64,000 bases of DNA from Patellaria atrata CBS 101060 (lineage: Eukaryota), in the NCBI GenBank assembly GCA_010093705.1, contig MU006089.1, positions 3,188,061-3,252,060 of the forward strand. The letters are read 5' to 3'. This document shows positions 50,084 through 62,710 of this stretch, piece by piece. Both the position numbers and the translations under genes were made by a program. Position 1 is the stretch's first letter; the number at the start of each line of letters is the position of its first letter. The notes below the pieces were generated by a model. It did no database searches and was not told the origin of the DNA. It saw only the letters and a list, made by a program, of their open reading frames with translations.

Positions 50084-51681
50084 ATGAGGGTTCTTCTTAC
50101 AGGTGGGAGTGGCTTTATCGCCGCTCATATTTTGGATGAGTTACTTGCGAAAGGGTATGATATCACATAAGATGCAATTCTGCTCGAAGCAAGCTACTAA
50201 TCTCTTGTAGGCATTCAAGTAAGCTGATTAAGGTATTCCATTAGCTGTAAACGGGAGAGTATACAGACACTTCAAACGCACTCTTAGATCCGAGCTGACT
50301 GTAGGACTACTGTATGCCTAGAGAAGCTATCTGGTAGGAATCCCTATACGGACAATTCATTATTCTATACCAAAATACTATGTTTATTTACTTAACGCGA
50401 TAGTATAATTTGTTGTAGAACACGTAAGGTATTATCCGTATGGGGATTCCTGCCATAGATAGCTCCTCTGCGGCATACAGTAGTCCTACAGTTAACTTGG
50501 GTCTAAAAGTACGTTTTGAAGTGTCCGTATACTTTCCCCTAAAAACCTCTTACTATCTCTTATGCACTGAATATGCTCGTAAAGAGTCAGGGGCGTGAAT
50601 TTGCTAACCACGGTTCTCAGTCGTCACCACCGTCAGGTCTCAGGAAAAAGCAGATAGGATAAAAGAAGCGCACCCAAATACGCCGAAAGAGCAGCTTGAT
50701 TTCGTGATTGTCGAGGATATAGCCGTTGAAGGTGCATTCAATAAGGCGGTTGTATCTGATCCGCCATTCGAAGCAATTATTCACACTGCGTCACCTTTCC
50801 ATTATAATGTCACAGATATTCAGAAAGATCTCATCGATCCCGCCGTCATAGGCACAACGGGTATCCTAAAGAGTACGAAGGCCAATGCTCCTACCGTGAA
50901 GAGAATAGTCATCACCTCGTCATTTGCCGCGATAGTGAATCCGAAGAAGGGATTGTGGCCGGGACACACATATAGCGAAGTAGATTGGAATCCCGTCACC
51001 CTCGAGGATGCCAAAGCGAATCCACAGGATGGATATAGAGCGTCCAAGACTTGGGCCGAGAAAGCGGCCTGGGAGTTTGTAGAGAAGGAGAAGCCGAATT
51101 TCTCCATTACGACGATTAACCCTCCATTCGTCTTTGGGCCTATCGTTCATTATTTGAATTCTCTTTCGGCCCTTAACACGTCCAATCTGCGGATTAGGGA
51201 CCTTATCGACGGAAAGTTCAAGGAGAAGTGTCCACCGACAGGCACTTTTATATGGACTGATGTTCGTGATTTAGCCACAGGCCGTAAGTCGCTCTAACTC
51301 TCTTCATGCTACAAGTATTAACACAACACATAGACGTGAATGCTTTGGATACCCCTGAAGCGGTCGGAAGGAGGATATTCTTTACTGCCGGGTAAGTCAA
51401 GCCTATTATTTTGTTCATTTGTTTCATAGGTCATGCAGGATATTAACACTTCCCAAATCAGTAAATTCTCGAACAATGAGTTAGTAGACGCTATCAGAAG
51501 GCACTTTCCTGAATACTAAGACAAACTACCAGCGCCTAATGACGAGGCTGGCGGTTATCCCTCAGGTGGACTCTATTCCTTTGATAATAATAGGGCAAAG
51601 GAGATTCTCGGTATCAAGTTCAGGACTCTAGAAGAGTCAATCGCGGATACCGTGAAAAGTCTCAAGGCGGTTGGCTTATGA
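50084..51681 (+). CDS. GRE2/aldehyde reductase II-like extended SDR (5 exons); in-frame TAA at 51517 makes it a possible young pseudogene
   Basis: LLTGGSGFIA, IHTASPF, ITSSFAA and YRASK motifs. Exon 2 is 8 nt (50211-50218). The frame stays family-like after the TAA (DNNRAKEILGIKFRTLEESIADTVKSL). Confidence 0.85.
50252..50539. mobile_element. 288-bp non-autonomous foldback/MITE-like element in intron 2 of the SDR gene
   Basis: Arms 50253-50356 and 50431-50538 are reverse complements (about 12 substitutions, 3 small indels), with weaker pairing further inward. Flanked by TAAA at 50248-50251 and 50540-50543. Confidence 0.7.
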
Positions 51682-52267
51682 GTCACAGCTCACACGTTTC
51701 AGATTCGTGTTCGCTTCTTGTTCGACTGTCATTTACGAATCATGGTTCGCGTTAATGTATCGGACGTTACACACGATGGCTGGTTCTTTGTTTAAAACTT
51801 TGGCCTCGTCGCAGACTGATCACCACTTGTTCAATACCACAACAACAGCTTACTATACTGTCGAAAAATTCAAATTCATCAAAAATTTTATAGATATTCT
51901 CTTCTCTATCACGGTTAATATCTTTCAGACCTCTGCACGCTTGTTAAAAGTATTACTAGCAGACTATTATTGAGCTAAGTATTAGTAAGATTTCAACTAT
52001 CAGTATCGTTAAGTGTTATGAATGATTAGGAGTAGAATCAGGGATACCTCGAGAAAGTCGGTGCGTACTACTGCTGCAACCTACATCGATAAATCATTTA
52101 CCTTGTACGATTAAGAAATCTACGAACGTTTTGTTCATTCCTATATAGTCCACCAGGTCGAGTTGGAGAAAGACTAGTAAGGCAGCGTATATTAGGCGAA
52201 CGCTCAAACGTTTGTAAAGGATAGCTCAAAACCATAGCTCAACACACCCCGATACCTGTAGTAAAAT

Positions 52268-53661
52268 ATGGCAACTTCAACCAGGCAGTAAAGCGTATGT
52301 TCAATGAACTGCTATTTAAAATCTGCTCCTACCTCCCCGCAAAAACGATAACCCGCAATCAAGTCGGAACGACAACCTTATATTATCTCGATGTTCTCAG
52401 TTTTCGACTGGTATGCGGTTCTTGATCTATGGCAGGACTTTACTTCCTGTCAGAAATTCCAGACTGTATACCTCTATCCTAGTTCGAAATCTATAGGACG
52501 TTTCGAAGAGATTTGTGCGCACCCACAATTCTCGAAAGGAATCAGAGAAGCCATTTTCAGCGGTCTTCGACATAAAAAGAAATATTGTGGTACTTTGACC
52601 GAATATGACGAATTATGCAAGAAGCATCAATCTCTAAGGGGGATATCCAACAGGATTCTGGCTGAATCTCATTGTCCTTTTCGCCGAAAAGGTTGCGTGA
52701 GAGACACTCGCCATCGCAACTGTACTCATCACTTCGACTTTCTCACGGATAGATACCGGGATCAGAGAGAAGTCCTTCGAAAACAATATCTCCTGAGAGC
52801 TCTTAAAAAGGCTTTCAGTACCCTCACCGATCTAACTACACTAACGTTCCTCAATGAAGCGGAGGATACACACCCGGCTCTTAATATCACGAGAGAGTTT
52901 AGAAGATATGTTCATTCTAGAATTGAGATGCTCGGACAATCAAATAAGCTATCCTATTTCAAATTGCCCTGGTATCTATCCCCGTGTTACGGCTAGTTCT
53001 AAACCTCGGGGGTGATTCTTTTCTGAACGGCACCTTTCTAAGTGAGTAAAGTACTGAGCGGGAGCAGAAAGCAGAAGAAGAGGACGGCGGCGATTTCAAG
53101 AAGGTTGACTACCAACCATTTAAGATCTTACAAGCTTTTCCTAATCTTGAGACACTTTCCGTACAGGATGGGAAGGGAGATTTTTTCCACTGTCTGCAGA
53201 TGATCTTAGGAGAAAATTAGAAGCGGGGACCTGGACGGATCTTCGATCGTTGACGCTTAAGAAAATCAAACTCGAATCCGTACCGCTCAGTAAATTCCTC
53301 GTCGCCCACGCTGGCACTCTTCGTGAGTTGACCTCGAACGGATTAGTTCTTTGATTACGGACTTCATTCTATTCGACCATGCCATTACAGAATTAATCTA
53401 AAACGCGAACTTCTTCCACTTTTCGCTGCGCTTCAGGAACTGTTAAATCTAGAGCAGGTCCACGTTACTCTACGCTGCATAGATGTGAAGGACACGTGGA
53501 CCGACTGGTCAGATATCTTTCCGTGGGGTGACATTGTGGAAGTACAAGATCTCCGCATTGGAGAACATGATTTTACCGGCCCTTACGATATCGGCCAGTG
53601 GGTCAGGGAAACGATGAGGTTGCGCAAACTTGGATATGTCATTCCGAACTTTACCTCTTAG
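52268..53661 (+). pseudogene. Disrupted F-box-like / RNI-like gene
   Basis: MFNELLFKICSYLP (F-box-like) plus AFPNLETLSV, WTDLRSLTL and FLVAHAGTLREL segments, spread over different frames with internal stops. Confidence 0.6.
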
Positions 53662-54246
53662 CGACCGCTACCTGGGCGCAAAAGGTCCCTTCTCTTATAC
53701 GGCATATAGGACTCGACACACTTGAGCATAATAGGGCAAATATATCTTTAGACTCCTTCTATCATGTAAGTCATAACTTGACCACACAGAAGATTCTCCC
53801 GGCCTAGGATTCCGCATCCATTCCAAGAACATTTCCTTTCTAACATCAAACTCTTCCTACTTTACAGAATATCTAAAAATGTATTAAGGTCTCCAAATTA
53901 TATCAGGCGCCACCCGGATTTATCAACCATGGTAGTAATCGGTGTTGACAATGCCCACAGGGGGGATGGGGAAAGGGAAAACACAAAGTTCGAAAAAGCA
54001 TTGTGCTGAAGACTTCTGACATCGGAAGGAGAGTTTTGCGGCTGGAGTGCTGGATTCTTAACATTACCACCGGCCACGCTGGGACTTGAATTGAAGCGCG
54101 GCCGCGGCAGTGACTTCCTTAGATGGGCCCCTCGCCGCCGTCCTCTTCTGCTTTCTGCTCCCGCTCAGTACTTTACTCACTTAGAAAGGTGCCGTTCAGA
54201 AAAGAATCACCCCCGAGGTTTAGAACTAGCCGTAACACGGGGATAG
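52976..54246. repeat. Inverted repeat pair 52976-53093 / 54132-54246
   Basis: Copies are identical in reverse complement except for one 3-nt (GAA) indel. Confidence 0.95.
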
Positions 54247-54380
54247 CGGCATTTATGCTTTGCAGAAGAAAGTGAATGTTTTAAACAGAAGATACAGCAA
54301 CGCCTAGCGCACAAGGGTAACAATAATTAGTATAGCTAAATAGCCCTTATCTTTTGCTATATATCTCTAGATTTTGCTAA

Positions 54381-54480
54381 NNNNNNNNNNNNNNNNNNNN
54401 NNNNNNNNNNNNNNNNNNNNNNNNNNNNNNNNNNNNNNNNNNNNNNNNNNNNNNNNNNNNNNNNNNNNNNNNNNNNNNNN
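54381..54480. other. Assembly gap (100 N)
   Basis: Run of N. Confidence 1.
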
Positions 54481-54761
54481 AAAAAAAAAGAAAAAACAAA
54501 TAATATATTTATATATATACAGAAATCATAAAGTAATGGCAGCAAACTTTGGGGTGCTGTTTTTGTGGGGTGGACATGAGAGTGATTCTTTGCTAAACGG
54601 CACCTTTGTAGGATGCACGTGTACACGTAACCTTAAAAAGAGTCAGGTAAGTCTGCAGAAGGCATCAGCCTAGGGATACGCTTCAGATCCAGGAGAAATC
54701 GACAATATCTGTGACAATTCCTAAAAGTTAGCAGTTTCCCATCCACCTGCCGTAGTCTCCC

Positions 54762-56665
54762 TCAATCATGCTCCACGAGTCTCTCCCTAAGCTTCCTCTC
54801 CTCGTCCAAAAACCACTCTTGCTCCCTCCTGCTCTCGGGAAGATCGATAAACCACCCCAAAAACGCAAAACTAACCAAACTCAACGCAAACAAGAAATAA
54901 AACGGCGCGGAATTATTCCCATCCGGCGTCGCATCGATGATCGCGCTCCCCACAATCGGCCCGACAAAACTGCTCGTCTTCCCCATGATACTAAACAAAC
55001 TGAAAAACAAGAACTCGTGCCCGCGGGGCGTGACCTCCGCGATCATGATCTGGGAATACGAGTACCACGGACACACACACAGTCCATAGTAGGCTTGATA
55101 CACCCATACTTCCCAGGTGTGGTGGAAGCCGAAGCGCTGCGTCCAGATGCCGATCATGCCCCAGGCGTCCAGGAGAACGATGAAGAAGGCGACGAGGATG
55201 AACATGGTTTTAGTGGAGAGATGGAAGCGGCGTTGGGCGTACCAGAAGGCGTAGATCCCGATGGCTTGCGCGGTGATGCCGACGATCAGGAGGTAGGTTA
55301 GTTGGAGTGTGTTGTAGGCCACGATGGAATTTTGGAGGGTGGCGATTACGGTCACGGTGGTGTTGAGGGAGTCGCCGAGGAGGAAGTAGCCTAGGAAAGT
55401 AGTGTGAGTGTTGGTGGAGAGTTACTATGGGATTGGGTTGGTAAGTAGATGAAGGTCTTACCGATCAAATAGAAGAGACTCTGTTTTAGCTTCCAGACGG
55501 ATTTCATAGCCCTCCAGAGGGTCAGAAGACCAGCTTTGACGATGTTTCCTTTGGGATCTGCGCCTGGCCTTCGATGTTCGAAGAGAAACCATGGAATTGA
55601 AACAAGAAGCCAGACTCCAGAAGCAAAGGCGATAAGAACAGAAAGACCCCAGTTGTTATTCTCCGTGCTATTGTTAACGTTCAGACCGAACATGATCCCC
55701 ACGATTATCGCTAACTGCATTTTGTTAATAACATTTCTCTATGAAAAATAGACAACCTAGCTAGAGTTCATACTATAACGATTTCGGCAACACTCTGCAC
55801 GTAAAACGCGACGTTTGAGAGCTCGCTCCTTTTCAAACTATCAGCGTATTCATAGTCCTCTCTTGAAATATTCCCTTCCTTGAACTCCCGTGCTTTTTCT
55901 CTCATCTCTCGCGTATTTCTCGCCAATCCTGGAAAAGCTGCCTTTACTCAATATTAGCGAGGGTCTTTGGAGTTACAGGGAAGGCTACTAACCGTCCAAA
56001 ACGTTAAGCACGTCTGATAAGCTATTAGTCCAACGATATACAATCCGACACCGATTTGCCATTTCTCAGGATCATGGACACCTAGCCAGCCGAACCCGAT
56101 CGCGTACGCCACAATGCTCAATACGATCAATATGCTCGGTCTCCAAGTGCCGAAATCCGCGAACGGTCCTATGATGAGGAATAGAGCACATTGGATAGCA
56201 AAAGAGATCCCATTAGCGAGGAGCACGATCGAGTTGATGGTGCGATCTCTCCCTGCAAAAGGTAACACCCCAGCGTCACCAGAGGCCTGGTACATGAGGT
56301 TTTGAAAAGCGGTGGGTGCGAAGTTGAAAAGAGATAGCCCATTATTACCGATATAATATCTGCGGGGGGAATGCTATGTTAGATTATAGCTTGCTCTTAA
56401 TACTGCGGTTCTCCCGCCGCCAATATGGTTCCTTAAAGGGGTTATCGGAATTGGGTATCACGAACGCGTAGTAAGACCATATCTCTCGTCTTTCAGCCTC
56501 AGGACTATTACCATCTGTGTGAGGTGCGCTCGTCCATTTGACGTCGCCGTCTTCGATATCGTGCTTATGAAGACCGTCTATGTCGTCCGCGATTTCGATA
56601 GGAGTGCCCTTGATGTCATTGGCAGGTGCACTGTATGGAGCTAAGCCTGGGTCATTGGCGGCCAT
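54762..56665 (-). CDS. ATG22: Atg22-family vacuolar amino-acid efflux MFS transporter
   Basis: REIWSYY..YIGNNGL..FNFAPTAFQNL, ADFGTWRP, AAFPGLARN and EVTPRGHEFLFFSLF motifs; 4 introns. Confidence 0.88.
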
Positions 56666-57721
56666 GAATATCTCGTAAATTCGGTTAAGTCTCCAAAACC
56701 TTTCTTGTCAATTAAGAACCTGGGTATCAGTCCCAGGCCGATCAACACTAGACTTATATAGAGAAAAGCAAAACAACAGCGTTCAAAGTGATCGAGTCAT
56801 TCAAAAGTACAGGGCTTGGCTACGTTCCATTTTATATAGGGGAAATCATCTTAGATCTCTCATGTAGATTGCACTACGCCTCTTACGCGGGAACTGCAAA
56901 AGATAATGTATCTAGCACCACTAACACATATCGGGCTGACCAAGCAGGCAAACTAATACTTTCTTCGACATGCATGAGGAATGATGCAAACACGTGGATT
57001 GACCTACCTCCTAAAGCCTAGTACGGCTAGCTCGCAGGGATAGCTAAGACCACGGGTGGCGCCTCGGCAATGAGCTTACCCCTAGCACAAGCTTTGAGAA
57101 GAGCTTCTGTCATGTAAAGCAGAGGATGAGGTAAGATTAGGAAGAAGACTGAAGTATGGAATGTGATCGAGAGAAGAGATCACCTTCGTATCATTATATA
57201 AAATACAGATCGGGGTGTGGAGGCTGACAAAAAGAAGGATTAGATAAAGGAATAGGGCAAGATGGTGCTTTCGACTTTGCGCAGTTGACATAAGTATGAA
57301 ACATTGCTGAAGGCATGTTGCTATTAGATATATCCGTTCTCATGGGAAGGAATATATTAGGCGAGGAGGTGCAAAGCGTGGGTTAGCATGAATGTGCTAA
57401 CCTTCAAGCACTTTTTGGACACCCACTTACATACCTCATTACACGCTTTGGACCTTTCGATAAGTACGCGGTTGGGAATAAGTAAAACCCGTGCTCCAGG
57501 ACAGAGTTTCAAATAATTCGGCAAATATATAGTGCATTTGTGTAAGCTCTATCATCCGTTCCTCCCATAGGTTGTGGCCGAGAAACCGGATATCTCGATA
57601 TCATCAATGGATACACGCAATAAACCAAAAGAGATGAACATAATACAAAGCAGTTTAGGGATCTAGACAATCGGTATCAGCGGAAAGAACGCAAGAGAAG
57701 TGGACCGCTCGGGTGGGACGA

Positions 57722-59395
57722 CTAAAGACCTAGGTTGAACTCGACACCGACGTCGATCTCTCGTGCTATAATACTGTTAGATTTATGAGAAAGCTTTAAA
57801 TAGGAAATCATAAAATACCCATTTTCACAACTTTTGAGAACTGTACGGACTTCTCAGCTGCGCTCTGAAGATCATCAATCGAGAAAATTTTGAGACCAGA
57901 CTCATTGATCTACGAGGCATTAGCTTTTTGTCGTAATGGGTTTTGCACTGCAGAATACGTACTAGTTTGTGTGCAGCCTCCATATTGGTACCTTGCAGAC
58001 GGGCAATGACTGGTGTCCGGAGATTCATACTTTGCACAACAGAGATAAGACCCTTAGCAATAGCATCGCAACGTACAATACCACCGAAAATGTTGACGAA
58101 AATAGCAGTAACTTTAGGATCACTGGTGATCAAATCGAAAGCTTGCTTGATAGCCTCAGGGGTGGCTCCACCACCAACGTCCAAGAAGTTAGCAGGGTTA
58201 CCACCATTAAGCTTGATGATATCCATGGTAGCCATGGCAAGACCGGCACCATTGACTAGGCATCCAATGTCACCGTCAAGCTTAATGAAGTTCAAACCCG
58301 ATTCCGCGGCCTTAACCTCGTCAGCATCTTCCTGTGACTTGTCCCTCCAGGAAAAAACCTCCTCTTGTCTGAATTCGGCATTATCATCAAAGTTAAGTTT
58401 AGCATCCATACAGAGGACCTGGTGATCCGTGGTCTCGGAAAGTGGATTGATCTCGATTTGAGTAGCATCTCTCTCCATAAAGATTTGGTATAACTTCTGG
58501 ATAGTGGTCCTTGCGTCCTCGATGCACTGCTCTGAGAAGCCCAGTTTATTTGCAATATCCCTAGCAATCTCATCGGTGACGCCCTTGTGAATATCAATTT
58601 TGGTAGTGATGATGGCATCAGGATTCTCCTTTGCAACAGTCTCGATATCCATTCCACCCTGGGATGAGGCAACGATAACGGGGGCTTGTGATCCTCTGTC
58701 CATCAACACTGCAAGGTAGAATTCTCTCCGTGCAAATTTTCGCTCGACAATGTATACAGCATTGCAAATACGTCCAGCAGCTCCGGTTTGTTTTGTGATG
58801 AGCTTGTGGCCGATCATTTGGTCAGCCAGAATGCGAGCTTCCGTGGGCCTAAAACGTTCCGTAAGTGAAGTTATGTAAAATGGTATGGCTCTGTAGGCAC
58901 CCACGAGTAAACTACTCTGACACCACCCTTGAATCCATTATCAAAAGTACCCTTTCCTCGTCCGCCAGCGAGAACCTGAGCTTTGATAACAGCATCATCA
59001 CCACCTACATTATCCCATTAGCCCCGGAAGTCGACTCTCTGGTATTGAGCCTTATCGCGTACCTAATGACTTCGCAATCTTCTCGGCCTCTGCAGGTGTT
59101 GTAGCTACATCCCCCTTTGGTACGCCGATGCCATACTGCTATGTTGTCAACAACTGCTGACCAAACAATCCAAAGTCAACGTACCGATTTCAGGAGATTC
59201 GCAGACCGGTATTCATGTATCGATAGCGCTCGCGTTTGCTGAACGGCAGCTCTCTTCAATGGTGTTTCCTGAATCTGTTAGCTGGGGTTCCTCAGTTGCG
59301 TATGCGGTTTCATATCTCCGTAGATTTTACCGACTTACCGAAACAGCTCTGGATACCGCTCTAGCTAGCGTTCTGCTACGGGTGAGTTGGAGCAT
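57722..59395 (-). CDS. LSC2: Mitochondrial succinyl-CoA ligase beta subunit
   Basis: Presequence [50 protein letters not shown] and [10 protein letters not shown] motifs; ends [13 protein letters not shown]. Confidence 0.95.
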
Positions 59396-59588
59396 GATGG
59401 TATTCCAAAATCTCCAAATGCAAAGTAAATGATTGAATAGCTTTCGCAGGTGCTGGTGTTTTGGGTCTGCTCGGAAGTCAGGTTGCGGAGGTTCGAGCTA
59501 GGATAAGCGGAACAGACTGGGATGTCTCGGCGACCGTCAAACCTTCCGTTGAACAGTTTCTAAATTAAAATAATATTTTTGCGCGATT

Positions 59589-60288
59589 ATGGCCCCAACT
59601 CCAAGTGAGGCAGATATCGTGTTCAATAGGGCGAATATTGTACTTGCTAGGAGTCAGAAGATAATTACTTCATGGCTTCCACCACCTACGGAGGAAGAGC
59701 TAGCGAATGCAAAATCACAAGAGGAACTAGACCGAGAGGATAAAGAAATGTTTGCTGCTGTCCCAGAGCTGTGTGTTTTTGACCTATATCTAGTATCATA
59801 TATCATAAGCTAACTATGGGAGACTTGGTGCAGGTGCTCCAATCCCCAAAGATGATGCAACTCAAAAACGTACCCAGCTTTCATCGAATGATAAGCTACG
59901 CCAACAGTTACTTGGAAAACGCGCAGCACGATCGAGTCAAATATCGAAGCAGCATGGACGGTCAAACACTTTGAGAAACCATGCAAATCTACCCGGCAAA
60001 AACTCGTCACGTCAAGTTCAATATGAGAAAGACGAGGATGAAGAGGGCGGAAGAACATCAGCTATAAAATCTAAGGCACGCAAAAAGGTGAAAGGTTCAA
60101 CTAGTGTTATTAAACCTCCCGAAAATTCAAGTTTAGGGACACCTGCCGTGAAGAATCTGGAAATCGATAACGATTCCTCAAGCGATTCTGCAATGAGATC
60201 CACAGTAACGAAACTGAAGACCTCCAAAATAAGCTTTCTAGATGAGATTTTAGCGGAGAAATCAAAGAAAAGAAAACGAAAGAAGTGA
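59589..60288 (+). CDS. DUF3245-like conserved fungal protein (basic C-terminus)
   Basis: FNRANIVLARSQKIITSWLP, PELLGAGAP, NDKLRQQLLGK, DEEGGRTS and SFLDEILAEKSKKRK; one intron 59771-59822. Confidence 0.75.
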
Positions 60289-60569
60289 TCCAACGTGTGA
60301 AGGTGGGCTAGACGGGATCTTCATTTCACCAATATCAAACTATTCCAATAACACAACACCAGGTCACAAATGAGCACCACGCTCTGAACAACTATTTCAA
60401 ATAGCAAGAGCCGGTAAAGTCGTGAGAATGATGAATAACACTATCGCTGTTATATCCGAGGAGTATGGATTTGGCTACTGTACAGATTCAAATATTCCTG
60501 CCATTGCACCAAAACACCAGAAATTCCTGATGACTGTAAGGTCTCGAGAAAGTTGTCATAAGCATCCGT

Positions 60570-60998
60570 TCATCGAACGCTCGGAGTACCATCATTATCG
60601 CTGGGAAGGCCCTGTCTTTTGTGAGCATATTAGAAAATGATGATACGAGCTTAACCGACCTCCTCATCGCCTGGCTCGGCATAAGTACCCTTCTGCTTAG
60701 TAGCACCACGAGTGCGATCATTAATGACATTCGACTGGTCGATAGCGTCCTTTTCATCGCGCTCTACGCTTCATTTAGAATCAATATTACATTGTCAGGG
60801 TCAGTACGAACCTAACATCTCGTCGCTATCTGCGGCTGCGGGGTCGTCATATGGACCCTCAACAGGAGCATCATCCTTTTGGACGGGAATAGTAGATTGG
60901 CCGCTTCGGCTCACATAGTCAATGTCCTTGACATCGCCAGATGGAATGTCACCTTCAATGGGATCGTTCTGTTGTTCGTATCTGTCGTCTGCAGACAT
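60570..60998 (-). CDS. Small acidic CHZ (histone chaperone Chz1-like) domain protein, 3 exons
   Basis: DYVSRSGQ..PVQKD..ADSDEML, DEKDAIDQSNVI..RTRGA..YAEPGDEE, GLP. Confidence 0.75.
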
Positions 60999-62710
60999 TG
61001 TGGTGTTGTGGATTATAATCTGTTTGATGGATCAATGAAAGGGATTTTGGTCGACTGGAGAGCTGTGGTTAAAGAGTTGGAAGATGGGTTTGGTCTTAGA
61101 CTTACAGGATGCCTTACTTATACCCGACTGATTTCAAGAGTGCGTCACCTCTGCTGTCGTCCGTTTGACAGAATGTTAAGCTCTCAAACCCCTTACGTCC
61201 GATGATGTAACTTATGACCTCTTGTCATACCGTTGTTTCTTTGCGTGAGCTCTGGAAATCATGCTGGTATGATCTCTAACTCACATCATGAAGCCATCAT
61301 TTTGACGGTTTGGCTTGACGGGGAACGCACGGGGCTGATCCGTCGGGCACCTACAGTAGAATCCGTAATCTGAAAGACTCCTATGAAGTCAGGGGGGACC
61401 TTCACCTCAGGTCAAGTGGAATATGATTAAAAGCTACTTTGGTTGGCTCGATAAGCTCGATAAGCTCGACAGTGAAGTCGAGTCAATGATGCATACAAAG
61501 GTAACCCGCTGAACTAATTCAAGGCGCGAAACCGAAAAACTGTACGGTTGACTTCTCGCCCCGGTCCTAATCTTGCATCAGATCCAGTAATCACCATGTA
61601 GATCCAGCATGACTCGCCATTTGGTACTCACAGCATCGATTAAATAAGGGATGTAGACAGTATGTTACAACAAAGAGCGGTACCTAGTAAGACTAGAATT
61701 ACCCTAGCGTCAAAATGCTCTGATAGCTCTTAATGCTAAGAGCTCTATCATATGAAATTATAAGCAAATATGTACATTCTGGTGATTACTCCTAGACACC
61801 TCTTCGAGATACAGTAATTACATTTCGTACAGACAAACCCGTAAGCCTGTGTCTTGCACGCGTGCTGTTTGCTTAGCAAGGTCTCGTACGCAGTATACCT
61901 CTATACCTCTGCTGGCATATCACGCTGGCTTGTCTCGCAGCTGCGCTCCACAGCATACATCACCCGAAGTAGGATACCGGGTTACCAGGGGGATAGGACG
62001 TCCTAGTAAAGAGCTTAGAGCAGTATATATACGATATATCCCTGTAGCTTTTCGTCACGCAGATACAGAGCAGACGAGACGGACAGACACGCAAAATATA
62101 TAAGTAAGAGGAGGGGAGGGAGGTAAGAGTATTTGGATAAGATAGATAATCCAGCTATATACTACGTTTCGTAGTGCAGCAGAGCGACTTTTACTCCATA
62201 AACGTCAAGGGAAATAGCGAGGGAGGGAGGCTATATACTACGAATAATACAGCTTGTAGCATACGAATCGGCCCCCAGTTACGTGGCCAACAAAGGGGTT
62301 CTTTCTCCTCTTTGTACGTAGATAGGTTTTTTCCCACAGCATAGGTTAGTCTGCATGGAACCTTGCTTGGGACCGCATCAGACATTAAACAAGAATCAAT
62401 AAATAATATGGAAGATTATCTTTCTAAAGGAGTTTCACTAATATCACTCCATAGAAGATCTAATGTTCCACATTTACCCGTGATCTTTTATCGGTTTACC
62501 TAAATACTGTACAGTTTGAATCAACCAGGTATAGCACAGCCCCTTTTCGCCTGTACTTTCTAGAATTACTCTTCCCTAAACACCAAAATATGCAAATTCT
62601 GTAATCAAAAGCTCCTCCGTAGCATTATGGTAAGGAGAGTGCTTAGTGAATGAGAGTTTTAACCGGGCTGACGGTCATGTATTCGGTTCAGAGTTAAGAT
62701 ACTGAGACCT

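Noticed and set aside
53900..54260. Possible structured ncRNA (SRP or RNase P/MRP)
   Set aside because: Conserved boxes not found; part of the region is explained by the inverted duplication.
61721..61750. 12-bp stem-loop TGATAGCTCTTA-ATGC-TAAGAGCTCTATCA as a Helitron end
   Set aside because: No CTRR terminus at the expected distance and no other element features.
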